Assembly: GCA_051881435.1 (NCBI GenBank)
Contig: JBJEPW010000001.1
Location: 3,869 to 67,868, forward strand
DNA: 64,000 nucleotides
Reading direction: 5' to 3'
DNA from: Candidatus Fimenecus sp.
Lineage (GTDB): Bacteria > Bacillota > Clostridia > Oscillospirales > Acutalibacteraceae
Shown here piece after piece: positions 38,301 to 47,043 of the stretch (within the stretch, counting starts at the first letter, position 1; each line of letters begins with the position of its first letter). Both the position numbers and the translations under genes were made by a program. Under the pieces are notes generated by a model. That model ran no database searches and was not told where the DNA came from. It saw nothing but the letters and a program-made list of their open reading frames with translations.

Positions 38301-39138
38301 TTTGCAGATTTCGGGGCTTTCCCACGGTACCGATGTTTGGCTCGGTAACGCCCAGGAACTTATCAAAGACGGCACCTGCACAATTTCCGATGTTATCGGT
38401 ACCCGTGACAGTATTATGATTTACCTTATGCACAAAGGGCTTGAACCCGGTATGGCGTTTAAGATTATGGAGCTTACCCGTAAGGGAAAGGTTGCCAAAA
38501 ACGGCTTCCCCGAGGGCGCGGAGGAGGCAATGCTTGCCTGTAATGTGCCTCAGTGGTATATGGATTCCTGCCGCAAGATAAAATATATGTTCCCCAAGGC
38601 TCACGCGGCGGCATATGTTATTGCGGCTTTGCGCCTCGGTTGGTACAAAATTTATAAGCCCACGGAATACTACACCGCATTTTTGACCGTCCGCGGCGGC
38701 GACCTTGACGCCGTTACCGTTTTGCAGGGCAGAGAAGCCGTAAAACGGAAGATGCTTGAATTGCGTGGAGACCCCAACGATAAAAACAGAAAACCCATGT
38801 CCGCGAAAGAAAAGGACCAGTTTACCGCCTTGCAGGTTGTAAACGAAATGATGGCGAGGGGTGTGGAGCTTTTACCTGTTGATATTTATAAATCCCGTGC
38901 AACGGAATACTATATTGAGGACGGAAAGATAAGAATGCCCTTTTCCGCGTTGTCAGGCGTTGGCGAAAACGCCGCAAAGGGCTTGGCAGAGGGCAGAGAA
39001 GACGGTGAAGGCGAGTTTGTGTCAATCGACGATTATCAGGCGAGAACAGGTGCTTCAAGCGCAGTTGTAACAGCGCTTAAAGAGGTGGGAGCTCTTGACG
39101 GACTGCCTGAAACAGCGCAGATGTCATTATTCGGTTAA
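35386..39138 (+). CDS. polC: DNA polymerase III alpha, PolC type, without the 3'-5' exonuclease insert
   Basis: 1250 aa. PolC N-domain plus OB, PHP (VELHLHTNMSAMDG), Zn-finger region (CPKCKYSEF...CPHCG), PDIDLNFSG palm, GQHPGG, KYMFPKAHAAAY. No FDxETTG/DEDD motifs anywhere. Confidence 0.9.
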   Translation: MANFKSLFDGLFDCENNLDIAASEISGLSISRENGTARLTIKPYRKIEEQRIKALQEELSRSLNVRMTVICDETRTGFRTEFMELVIDILKKNNVVANGYFNSAEYSFSNGELKIDLKKGGRDILLNAGCDKEIERIIRAVFGYECKVSLIQEDFDTETALAGMQEKADEEMRRAHNIPAPKEAAAPGEPKPHVIKEGIPLYLETQKPIYGNLIRTNNIMKLADVSIESGAVTVWGEVFGLDVRTTRDEKNNIILFNITDKTYSYSVKIFETCERAKSFLGSIKDGITVIVYGRVTYDKFSGENIISATSVNTVTPVKKQDNAPKKRVELHLHTNMSAMDGMTSADKLVKRALEWGHPAIAITDHGVAQGYPDAMMAGEDKDIKLIYGVEGYLVDDVANPDVSYKDLPSYHIIILVKNSVGLKNLYKLISMSNIDYFYKRPRMPRSKIIELREGLIIGSACEAGELYRAIVFGESEERIREIAEFYDYLEIQPNGNNEFMIRSDRPEYAHIKTREDIENINRQIIALGDSLGKLTVATGDVHFMDPEDAVYRAILMAGQGFKDADMQAPLYFKTTEDMLCEFAYLGEETAYEVVVENTNKIADMIEQVRPVPKGTFQPSIDGAEDELRKICWDKAKDWYGDPVPDYVADRLSMELDSIIEHGFAVLYIIAQKLVWDSEAHGYHVGSRGSVGSSFVATMAGISEVNPLAPHYRCPKCKYSEFFLKGEYGSGFDMEPKDCPHCGTPLIRDGHEIPFQTFLGFHGDKAPDIDLNFSGDYQGCAHRYTEELFGSTHVFKAGTIATVADKTAYGFVKKYLEEKGRTVTRAEEDRLTRGCTGIKRTTGQHPGGMVVVPREFDVYDFTPVQYPADDTSSDMETTHFDFHFLHDTILKLDILGHDVPTLYKHLEDMTGINVMDVDVCDPEIIKLCTSPAPLGLTPEDIGVETGTLSIPEMGTDFVRGMLIEAQPKCFSDLLQISGLSHGTDVWLGNAQELIKDGTCTISDVIGTRDSIMIYLMHKGLEPGMAFKIMELTRKGKVAKNGFPEGAEEAMLACNVPQWYMDSCRKIKYMFPKAHAAAYVIAALRLGWYKIYKPTEYYTAFLTVRGGDLDAVTVLQGREAVKRKMLELRGDPNDKNRKPMSAKEKDQFTALQVVNEMMARGVELLPVDIYKSRATEYYIEDGKIRMPFSALSGVGENAAKGLAEGREDGEGEFVSIDDYQARTGASSAVVTALKEVGALDGLPETAQMSLFG

Positions 39139-39145
39139 TTTTGTG

Positions 39146-39174
39146 TTGACATATGTACTTTACTATGCTATCAT
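39146..39174 (+). promoter_or_regulatory. candidate his operon promoter
   Basis: TTGACA (39146-39151), 17 nt, TATCAT (39169-39174). A second extended -10 (TGtTACAAT) lies at 39206-39214. Confidence 0.4.
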
Positions 39175-39226
39175 AGTAGCGCGTTAAAGTGAAGCAAATC
39201 GATTTTGTTACAATAGCAGAAAAAAC

Positions 39227-39257
39227 CGGTAAAAAGGGGACAGTCCCCTTTTTACCG
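39227..39257. terminator. perfect 15+15 palindrome hairpin in the polC-hisZ spacer (bidirectional terminator or his leader attenuator)
   Basis: CGGTAAAAAGGGGAC-a-GTCCCCTTTTTACCG. Confidence 0.45.
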
Positions 39258-39278
39258 CTACCCTAAAGGATAAACGAT

Positions 39279-40478
39279 ATGAAAAACTATTCAAAAATTA
39301 CCCCCGAGGGCACAAAAGATTATCTGGCAATGGAAAGCCGCGCAATAAGATGTGCGGAAAAGCGCCTTTCATCTCTTTTCAAATCAAAGGGCTATGAAAA
39401 GGTTATGACTCCCACGGTGGAGTTCTTCGATGTGTTCAACCGTGAAAGCTCGGGTTACAGTCCCGAAAATCTTTACAGTTTAACAGATTCTTACGGCAGA
39501 CTATTGGTGTTGCGCCCCGATTCCACATTGCCCATCGCCCGAATGGCGGCGACAAGACTTCAAAACGGCGTTTTGCCTTTAAGATTATATTACAGTCAGA
39601 ATGTCTTTTTAAGGCAGAAAAATCTCACAGGCAGAAGCGATGAAGCACCGCAAAGCGGCATTGAGCTTATGGGTGTCGGAGGGCTTCGAGCTGATTTAGA
39701 GGTTATTGCCACTGCCGTTGAGGCTATCGAGTGCTGTACCGACGCCGATTTTAAGCTTGAAATCGGTCACGCAGGGTTCTTTAAGGATTTGTGCGGAAAG
39801 CTGAATGCAGATGATGATACCCTCGGCGCAATTTATGACTGTGTTGAGAGCCGTAATTTTGTTTCCCTTAACAATATTTTAGACGGTATCGGCAAAAACG
39901 ACATAACGGATTGTATCCGCAATTTGCCCCGATATTTCGGCGGAATTGAGGTTATTGAAAAGGCGGAAAAAATCGGTCTTGATAATGAGGGCAAAGAAAG
40001 CTTAAAATATCTTGCAAAGCTTTATACACAGCTTGAAAAAATGGGACTTTCCGGTAAGGTTATAATTGATTTAAGCCTTGTAAACCGTACAAATTATTAC
40101 ACGGGTATAATCTTTAAAGGCTATTTGCAGGGCAGCGGAGTACCTGTTGTTTCAGGGGGCAGATATGATATGTTAAGCCGTGAATTCGGCAAGGATATGC
40201 CCTCCACGGGCTTCGGAATTGAAACGGGAGTGCTGGCATCGGTTATGCTTTCCCGAAACGAAGTGGAAAAAGAAGCACACCCTCATGTTATCGTTTGGGG
40301 TGCAGACGGTTATATCACCAACGCCCTTGAATATTCAAAAACCTTGCGTAACCGAGGTATTTTTTGTGAAATTTCCGATTTCGCCACGGCAGAGGAAACA
40401 CGGGAATACGCAAAGAAGAAGGGCTTTGCAAATCTTTGCATAATTGATGAAAAGGGTATGAGCGAGGAAAAATTATGA
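39279..40478 (+). CDS. hisZ: ATP phosphoribosyltransferase regulatory subunit (HisRS paralogue)
   Basis: HisRS-like class II core without an anticodon-binding function context. Directly precedes and overlaps a short-form hisG. Confidence 0.85.
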   Translation: MKNYSKITPEGTKDYLAMESRAIRCAEKRLSSLFKSKGYEKVMTPTVEFFDVFNRESSGYSPENLYSLTDSYGRLLVLRPDSTLPIARMAATRLQNGVLPLRLYYSQNVFLRQKNLTGRSDEAPQSGIELMGVGGLRADLEVIATAVEAIECCTDADFKLEIGHAGFFKDLCGKLNADDDTLGAIYDCVESRNFVSLNNILDGIGKNDITDCIRNLPRYFGGIEVIEKAEKIGLDNEGKESLKYLAKLYTQLEKMGLSGKVIIDLSLVNRTNYYTGIIFKGYLQGSGVPVVSGGRYDMLSREFGKDMPSTGFGIETGVLASVMLSRNEVEKEAHPHVIVWGADGYITNALEYSKTLRNRGIFCEISDFATAEETREYAKKKGFANLCIIDEKGMSEEKL

Positions 40479-41101
40479 GTTCGTTAAGAATTGCGCTCAC
40501 AAAGGGCAGACTTGAAAAACAAACGGTTGAGCTTTTTGAAAAAATGGGGCTTGACTGTGATGAACTGAAAAACAAGGGCAGACGGCTTATTTTAAAGGCG
40601 AATGACTATGAGGTTGTTTTGGCAAAGGCGGCAGATGTTATTACATATGTTGAGCACGGCGTTTGCGACATCGGCATTGTGGGTAAAGACACAATAGTTG
40701 AAAACGGTAAAAGCTTTTACGAGATGACCGATTTGAATTTGGGTAAATGTGATTTTGCCCTTGCCGTAAAGAAAGGCACAAACTTTTTTGACGGATTTAA
40801 TACAAAACGGGTAGCGTCAAAATACCCCAACATTACCAAAGCATATTTCGAGAGCAAGGGAATGGATGTTAAAATCATTAAAATTGAGGGCTCTGTTGAA
40901 TTAGCGCCCCTTTTAAACCTTGCCGACGGTATTGTGGATATTGTTGAAACGGGTACAACCTTAAAGGAAAACGGCTTGGAGGTTGTGGAAAAAATAATGC
41001 CTGTTTCAGCCCGTGTTATTGTTAACATGGCAAGTATGAAGCTTCGCCGTGAAGAAATCGACGAATTTTTAAAGAAGATTGACAGCGTCAAACCCCAATG
41101 A
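40475..41101 (+). CDS. hisG: ATP phosphoribosyltransferase, short form
   Basis: 208 aa, LRIALTKGRL, VDIVETGTTLKENGL. Confidence 0.9.
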   Translation: MSSLRIALTKGRLEKQTVELFEKMGLDCDELKNKGRRLILKANDYEVVLAKAADVITYVEHGVCDIGIVGKDTIVENGKSFYEMTDLNLGKCDFALAVKKGTNFFDGFNTKRVASKYPNITKAYFESKGMDVKIIKIEGSVELAPLLNLADGIVDIVETGTTLKENGLEVVEKIMPVSARVIVNMASMKLRREEIDEFLKKIDSVKPQ

Positions 41102-41117
41102 GGTTGAAGGTGATTTT

Positions 41118-42407
41118 ATGATAAATACAGTATTTGCAGACGGCAAAAGTGAAGAAATACTCATTTCTCAGCTTAAAGAGAGAAGCGGTGAGGTGGATAA
41201 GGCAGTAACAGCCGCCGTCAGCGAAATCCTTGAAAATGTTAAGAAAAACGGTGATAAAGCCGTTTATGAATATACCGTAAAATTTGACGGTAAAGCACCG
41301 GAAAAAGCAGAGATATCAAAGGAAGAAATTGATGAGGCTATTGAAAAATGCGATAAATTCTTTTTAGAGTCTCTTAAAAAAGCGGCTTTGAATATTAAGG
41401 ATTTTCACGCCCGCCAAAAACAGCAAAGCTGGCTCACTACAAAGGATAACGGCGTAATTATGGGTCAGCGTGTAAGAGGACTTTCAAGGGTTGGAATTTA
41501 TGTTCCCGGGGGAACGGCGGCGTATCCTTCAAGCGTTTTAATGAATGCAATTCCGGCAAAAATTGCAGGCGTAGGTGAAATTATTATGGTAACGCCCCCT
41601 GCAAAGGACGGCAAGCCCAACCCCGATATTCTTGCCGCCGCAAAAATCGCAGGAGTTGACCGTGTATTCTTAATGGGCGGAGCGCAGGCAGTTGCGGCAT
41701 TGGCTTTCGGCACCGAAACCGTTCCCAAGGTTGATAAAATTGTGGGACCGGGAAATATTTTCGTTGCAACCGCAAAAAAACTCCTTTACGGCACAGTGGA
41801 TATTGATATGGTGGCAGGTCCCAGCGAGATTTTAATTGTCGCCGATGATAGCGCAAATCCGAAATTCCTTGCCGCCGACCTTATGAGTCAGGCGGAGCAC
41901 GATGTTTTGGCAAGCGCAATTTTAATAACTACAAGCGCCAAAATTGCAGAGGAGACAAAGGCAGAGCTTAAAAGGCAGTGCGCAGCTCTTTCCCGTAAGG
42001 ATATAATCGAAAAAGCATTAAAGGATTTCGGCGCAATTATCATTTGCGACAGTATGGACAAAGCGGTGGATTTTGCAAACCGCCTTGCCCCCGAACACCT
42101 TGAAATGTGCGTTGAAAATCCCATGGAATATATCGGCAGAATGGATAATGCAGGCAGTGTTTTCCTTGGCAATTATTCACCCGAGCCCTTGGGCGATTAT
42201 TTCGCAGGTCCAAACCATGTTTTGCCCACAAGCGGCACGGCAAGATTTTTCTCGCCTCTTTCGGTGGATAGCTTTATTAAAAAATCAAGCTTTATTTACT
42301 ATACGGAAGACGCTTTAAAAGAGGCTAAGGATAATGTTGTTTCCCTTGCCGAAACAGAGGGGCTTACAGCCCACGCAAACTCTATAAAGGTCAGATTTGA
42401 GGACTGA
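41118..42407 (+). CDS. hisD: histidinol dehydrogenase
   Basis: GIYVPGGTAAYPSSVLM, SQAEHD, GPNHVLPT. Start trimmed to MINTVF. Confidence 0.95.
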   Translation: MINTVFADGKSEEILISQLKERSGEVDKAVTAAVSEILENVKKNGDKAVYEYTVKFDGKAPEKAEISKEEIDEAIEKCDKFFLESLKKAALNIKDFHARQKQQSWLTTKDNGVIMGQRVRGLSRVGIYVPGGTAAYPSSVLMNAIPAKIAGVGEIIMVTPPAKDGKPNPDILAAAKIAGVDRVFLMGGAQAVAALAFGTETVPKVDKIVGPGNIFVATAKKLLYGTVDIDMVAGPSEILIVADDSANPKFLAADLMSQAEHDVLASAILITTSAKIAEETKAELKRQCAALSRKDIIEKALKDFGAIIICDSMDKAVDFANRLAPEHLEMCVENPMEYIGRMDNAGSVFLGNYSPEPLGDYFAGPNHVLPTSGTARFFSPLSVDSFIKKSSFIYYTEDALKEAKDNVVSLAETEGLTAHANSIKVRFED

Positions 42408-42409
42408 AA

Positions 42410-43465
42410 ATGTTTGAACTTAACGAAAAAGTCAAAAATTTAACACCCTATGAGCCAATCAGCGGAGATTATGAAATCCGCCTTGATGCCAACGAGTCAT
42501 TTTTGACCGTTCCCGAAAATATAGCGGAGGAAATGGCGGCGGCTTTGAAAAAAACTGCGCTTAACCGCTACCCCGACCCTCTTGCACAAGAACTTGTTGA
42601 GGGCTTTTCAAAATATTTTAATGTGCCCGCCGATTGTGTGACGGCAGGCAACGGCTCCGATGAAATAATCTCGGTCATTATGAACGCTTTTCTCCAAAAG
42701 GGAGACAAGATTTTAACCCTTGAACCGGATTTTTCAATGTACCGCTTTTACGGCGAAATTGCCGAGTGCGGTTGTGTAAAATATCAGAAGAACGATGATT
42801 TGTCCGTTGATATTGATAAGGTAATAGAGCTTGCCGATAAAGAAAACATACGGATTGTGATTTTCTCAAATCCATGCAATCCCACCTCATGTATTGTTAA
42901 AAAGGACGATGTGAGAAGGCTTGTTAAAAGCGTTTCGTCCCTTGTTGTTCTTGACGAAGCATATATGGATTTTGCAGAGGACGAAAGTTTGCTTGCAGAG
43001 TTTCAAAATTATGATAATCTTATAATTTTAAAAACCTGCTCAAAGGCTTTGGGCTCGGCGGCTTTGCGTTTAGGCTTTGCCGTTGCTAACAAAACGCTTA
43101 CCAATGTTATCCGTTCGGTAAAATCACCGTATAATGTAAATTCAGTCAGTCAGGCGTTGGGAACGGTGCTGTTTTCTCACCCCGAATATATTGATGATTG
43201 CATTAAAACGGTTGTGGAGTCACGAAAAGAACTTTATTCAATGATAAAAGCAATTGAGAACAATTTCGATGCAATCGAAAGAGTTTTTGAAACACATACA
43301 AATTTTGTATTTTTAAAGGTAAAAAACGCCGCAGATGTGTTTGAAAAAATGAAAAGTCACGGTATAATAATCCGTAATATGGGAGATTATCTGCGGATAA
43401 CGGCAGGAACAAAATACGAAAACGAAAAAACGCTCAGTACGCTTAAAAAAGTATTGGAGGAATAA
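42410..43465 (+). CDS. hisC: histidinol-phosphate aminotransferase
   Basis: [26 protein letters not shown] (PLP Lys). Confidence 0.9.
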   Translation: MFELNEKVKNLTPYEPISGDYEIRLDANESFLTVPENIAEEMAAALKKTALNRYPDPLAQELVEGFSKYFNVPADCVTAGNGSDEIISVIMNAFLQKGDKILTLEPDFSMYRFYGEIAECGCVKYQKNDDLSVDIDKVIELADKENIRIVIFSNPCNPTSCIVKKDDVRRLVKSVSSLVVLDEAYMDFAEDESLLAEFQNYDNLIILKTCSKALGSAALRLGFAVANKTLTNVIRSVKSPYNVNSVSQALGTVLFSHPEYIDDCIKTVVESRKELYSMIKAIENNFDAIERVFETHTNFVFLKVKNAADVFEKMKSHGIIIRNMGDYLRITAGTKYENEKTLSTLKKVLEE

Positions 43466-43467
43466 AT

Positions 43468-44040
43468 ATGCGCCAAACCTCTGTTCAAAGAAAAACAAAA
43501 GAAACCGATATTTCACTTTCTCTCTGCCTTGACGGAGGCGAAGTTTCCGTTCAGACAGGCGTAGGCTTTTTTGACCATATGCTTACAGCCTTTGCGGCTC
43601 ACGCAGGCTTCGGGCTTTGCGTTAAATGCAAAGGAGACATTGAGGTAGATTGCCACCACACCGTTGAAGATGTGGGAATAGTCCTGGGTAAGGCTCTTTT
43701 TGAGGTACTTGGCGATAAATCCAACATTGCCCGTTACGGAAGCTTTTTTGTGCCTATGGACGAGGCATTGGGCTTTGCGGCGGTGGATATTTGCAACCGT
43801 GCATATCTTGTTTTTGAGGCGGATTTCCCACAGGAAAAGTGCGGCGACTTTGACGTTTGTATGTGCGAGGAGTTTTTCCGTGCAGTTGCAGACAACGCAA
43901 AAATCACTTTGCATCTCCGTGCGCCATACGGTAAAAATTCTCACCACATTGCCGAGGCAATTTTCAAGGCGGCAGGCCACGCTATGAGCATTGCGGCAGA
44001 AAAAAGAGATACAACACTTTCCACAAAGGGGAGCCTTTAA
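43468..44040 (+). CDS. hisB: imidazoleglycerol-phosphate dehydratase
   Basis: [31 protein letters not shown]. Confidence 0.95.
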   Translation: MRQTSVQRKTKETDISLSLCLDGGEVSVQTGVGFFDHMLTAFAAHAGFGLCVKCKGDIEVDCHHTVEDVGIVLGKALFEVLGDKSNIARYGSFFVPMDEALGFAAVDICNRAYLVFEADFPQEKCGDFDVCMCEEFFRAVADNAKITLHLRAPYGKNSHHIAEAIFKAAGHAMSIAAEKRDTTLSTKGSL

Positions 44041-44043
44041 TAA

Positions 44044-44760
44044 ATGATAATTTTTCCCGCTATTGATATAAAGGACAAAGAATGTGTAAGATTATATAAA
44101 GGCGATTTTGCCACAGCCGCAAAGGTTGCCGAAAGCTATACGGATGTAGCTGTTAGCTTTAAAAAAGCAGGCGCACAGTGGATACATATGGTTGACCTTA
44201 ACGGCGCTCTTAACGGCGAACGGATAAACAGCGAGATTTTCATAGATGTTGCCAAAAACAGCGGCTTAAAGGTTGAGGTAGGCGGCGGAATCCGTTCCAT
44301 GCAGGATGTTGCCTTTTATCTTGAAAAGGGAATAGAGCGTGTGATAATCGGTTCGGCGGCTTTAAAAAATCCCGATTTGGTGAAAGAAGCATGTCGTGAA
44401 TACGGTGATAAAATCGCTGTGGGTATAGATGCCAGGAATGAAATGGTGGCAACCGAGGGGTGGACGGAAAAAAGCAACACCCATTATATTGACCTTGCAA
44501 AGAAAATGGAACAATTCGGTGTAAAGTATATTATCTTTACAGATATTGACTGCGACGGTATGCTTTCGGGACCGAATTTGGAACAGCTTGTGAAGTTAAA
44601 CAATGCTGTTTCCTGTAATATTACAGCCAGCGGCGGAATTAAAGATATAAGCAATATCAAGGCTTTAAAGGCGGCGGGGCTGTACGGTGCCATATGCGGA
44701 CGGTCTCTTTACAGCGGTACGCTGAAGCTCTGCGACGCCGTAAAGGAATGTGAGGTGTAA
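44044..44760 (+). CDS. hisA: ProFAR isomerase
   Basis: [33 protein letters not shown]. Confidence 0.9.
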   Translation: MIIFPAIDIKDKECVRLYKGDFATAAKVAESYTDVAVSFKKAGAQWIHMVDLNGALNGERINSEIFIDVAKNSGLKVEVGGGIRSMQDVAFYLEKGIERVIIGSAALKNPDLVKEACREYGDKIAVGIDARNEMVATEGWTEKSNTHYIDLAKKMEQFGVKYIIFTDIDCDGMLSGPNLEQLVKLNNAVSCNITASGGIKDISNIKALKAAGLYGAICGRSLYSGTLKLCDAVKECEV

Positions 44761-44764
44761 AGCT

Positions 44765-45079
44765 GTGGAACTTGACAGGTTTTTCGTAAAATCGGAGCTT
44801 ATTCCCGCAATAATTCAAGAGGAAAAAACAGGCGAGGTGCTTATGCTTGCCTATATGAATAAAGAATCTATGGCAAAAACTCTCGAAACAGGCTACACTT
44901 GGTTTTGGAGCCGTTCCCGCCAAGAGCTTTGGAATAAGGGCGCAACCTCAGGCCATGTTCAAAAGGTGATTTCCATACACGGCGACTGCGACGATGATAC
45001 ATTGCTTATAAAAGTAGAGCAAACAGGACCTGCCTGCCATACAGGCAGTAAAGCCTGCTTTTTCAATAAGATAAAATAA
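44765..45079 (+). CDS. hisI: phosphoribosyl-AMP cyclohydrolase
   Basis: [44 protein letters not shown] start after GAGGTG. Confidence 0.9.
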   Translation: MELDRFFVKSELIPAIIQEEKTGEVLMLAYMNKESMAKTLETGYTWFWSRSRQELWNKGATSGHVQKVISIHGDCDDDTLLIKVEQTGPACHTGSKACFFNKIK

Positions 45080-45089
45080 GGTGAATAAA

Positions 45090-45416
45090 ATGAACGATAC
45101 ATTGCAAAATCTTTACAATACAATAATTTCAAGGCGTGAAAATCCACAGGAGGGCTCATATACCTGCTATCTTTTCGATAAAGGACTTGATAAAATCCTT
45201 AAAAAGGTGGGGGAGGAGTGCTCGGAAACCATTATTGCCGCAAAAAACGGAATTAAAGAGGATACGGTGGGCGAGATAAGCGACCTTATCTTCCACCTTT
45301 TCGTTATGATGGCAAACGAGGGGATATCCGTCCAAGATGTTATGGCGGAGCTTGATAAACGCAGTGAAAAAACAGGTAATTTAAAAACCTTTCACCAAGT
45401 TGATAAAAATACCTGA
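45090..45416 (+). CDS. hisE: phosphoribosyl-ATP pyrophosphatase
   Basis: SYTCYLFDKGLDKILKKVGEE..E, EISDLIFHL. Confidence 0.9.
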   Translation: MNDTLQNLYNTIISRRENPQEGSYTCYLFDKGLDKILKKVGEECSETIIAAKNGIKEDTVGEISDLIFHLFVMMANEGISVQDVMAELDKRSEKTGNLKTFHQVDKNT

Positions 45417-45430
45417 TAGGGGGGAAAGTT

Positions 45431-46897
45431 ATGATATTTCTTTGGATTGTTTTGGGGCTTTTGGGGCTGTTTATTGTTGTAACGCTTATCAGAGCCGCAT
45501 TTTTCAAGCCTGAAAAGGTTGAAACAACGCCTCTCACGGAAGAAAGCGTGGATATTGACCGTTATTGCACCAACCTTTGCGATGCAATTAAAATTAAGAC
45601 AATTTCTAACTATGACCGTGATTTGGTTGATTGGGCGGAGTTTGATAAATTTCATGCCTTTTTAGAGGAACGCTATCCCCTTATCCACAAAACCATGACA
45701 AAAACAAAAATTGCCGATGCAAGCCTTGTTTTTAAGTGGGAGGGTGCAGACCCCTCGCTTGACGGTATTGCTCTTTTAGGTCATCAGGATGTTGTGCCCA
45801 TTGCCGAGGGAACGGAAAATGATTGGGAGCATCCGCCCTTTGAAGGCGTAAATGACGGCGAGTTCATCTGGGGCAGAGGCGCAATGGATATGAAAAACCA
45901 CCTCATCGCCGTGATGGAAAGTGTTGAAGCGCTCATAGCCGAGGGTTATCAGCCAAAGCGTACCGTTTATATTTGTCTAGGTCATAACGAAGAAGTTGTT
46001 GCTGCTCCCGATAACGGCGCAAAGGCAATCGCCAAGTATTTTGAGGAGCAGGGAGTGCACCTTGAAGCCGTTCTTGACGAGGGCGGAGCAATTCTTCCCG
46101 CAACGGTCAAGGGCGTTGTGGATTGTAACCTTGCAGGCGTTGGAATTGCAGAAAAGGGAAGCGTAAATTATAAAATCAGCGTAAACGCAAAGGGCGGACA
46201 TTCCTCACAGCCCCCTGAGCATACAGCTCTCGGTCACCTTGCAGATGTTATTAAGGATATTGAAAAGCATCAGTTTAAGGCTACAATGCCCGATTTTGTC
46301 TATGATTTGTTTACCTCAATCGGTAAGCGCAGTACATACCCTGCAAAGCTTTTATTCTGCAACCTTTGGCTTTTAAAGCCCCTTGTTGTAAAAATTATGA
46401 CGAAAATTCCCCCCGCTGCGTCACTTATCCGCACCTGTACGGCAGTAACCATGGCGCAGGGCAGTCCTCAGTTCAATGTTTTGCCGCAAAAAGCGTCAAT
46501 AACCGTAAACTTCCGCACCATGCCGGGCGTAACAATTAAAGATGTTGAACAGCATATTAAAGACAGCGTTCGCAACAAGAATATTGACATTGAGTTTCTT
46601 GTGGGAAAAGAAGCCTCAAAGGTTTCACCCACCGATTCCAAGGCATTTAAGGTAATCAAGGAGCTTTGCGAAAGTTCAAATGAGAAAAATCTCGTTGCGC
46701 CGTTCCTTGTAATGGGCGGTACTGATTCATATAACTATGAAAATGTGTGCGAAAATATTTACCGCTTTGCTCCCTTTGTTGTAAACACAGGACTTTTGCT
46801 TTGCACTCACGCAACAAACGAAAGACTGCCCCTTGACAGCATTGAAGAAGCTCTCAAATTCTTTAAGCGTTATATTAGAAGAATGACTGAAAATTAA
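45431..46897 (+). CDS. M20-family metallopeptidase (carboxypeptidase-like) with N-terminal membrane anchor
   Basis: LLGHQDVVP, GRGAMDMKN, GHNEE, LDEGG. Confidence 0.75.
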   Translation: MIFLWIVLGLLGLFIVVTLIRAAFFKPEKVETTPLTEESVDIDRYCTNLCDAIKIKTISNYDRDLVDWAEFDKFHAFLEERYPLIHKTMTKTKIADASLVFKWEGADPSLDGIALLGHQDVVPIAEGTENDWEHPPFEGVNDGEFIWGRGAMDMKNHLIAVMESVEALIAEGYQPKRTVYICLGHNEEVVAAPDNGAKAIAKYFEEQGVHLEAVLDEGGAILPATVKGVVDCNLAGVGIAEKGSVNYKISVNAKGGHSSQPPEHTALGHLADVIKDIEKHQFKATMPDFVYDLFTSIGKRSTYPAKLLFCNLWLLKPLVVKIMTKIPPAASLIRTCTAVTMAQGSPQFNVLPQKASITVNFRTMPGVTIKDVEQHIKDSVRNKNIDIEFLVGKEASKVSPTDSKAFKVIKELCESSNEKNLVAPFLVMGGTDSYNYENVCENIYRFAPFVVNTGLLLCTHATNERLPLDSIEEALKFFKRYIRRMTEN

Positions 46898-46918
46898 GGT
46901 TATATTTTAATTTTACTA

Positions 46919-46947
46919 TTGAAATAAGCAACATGGTGTGGTATAAT
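46919..46947 (+). promoter_or_regulatory. orphan near-consensus promoter with no downstream CDS
   Basis: TTGAAA (46919-46924), 17 nt, TGgTATAAT (-10 at 46942-46947). Confidence 0.5.
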
Positions 46948-46953
46948 ACAACC

Positions 46954-47035
46954 GTAAATTCATGCGAAGCTTCCGGATTGTAACGAGTGGATTTACAAAA
47001 ATCAGCCTCCCTTTTCGGGAGGCTGTGTTTTTTTG
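46954..47035 (+). ncRNA. candidate ~80-nt small RNA (promoter-to-terminator unit)
   Basis: Predicted TSS ~46954. Internal GTAAAT...ATTTAC pairing and the terminal hairpin at 47003-47025 plus U-tract. No RBS-preceded ORF. Confidence 0.3.
47003..47035. terminator. bidirectional intrinsic terminator between the M20 gene and uxaC
   Basis: CAGCCTCCC-TTTTC-GGGAGGCTG flanked by AAAAA upstream and TGTTTTTTT downstream. Confidence 0.8.
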
Positions 47036-47043
47036 TCTTTATT

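Noticed and set aside
35386-39138. polC as a truncated pseudogene
   Set aside because: It is a single uninterrupted 1250-codon frame with intact PHP, palm, finger and C-terminal motifs in conserved synteny. Only the exonuclease insert is missing, with an in-frame short linker.
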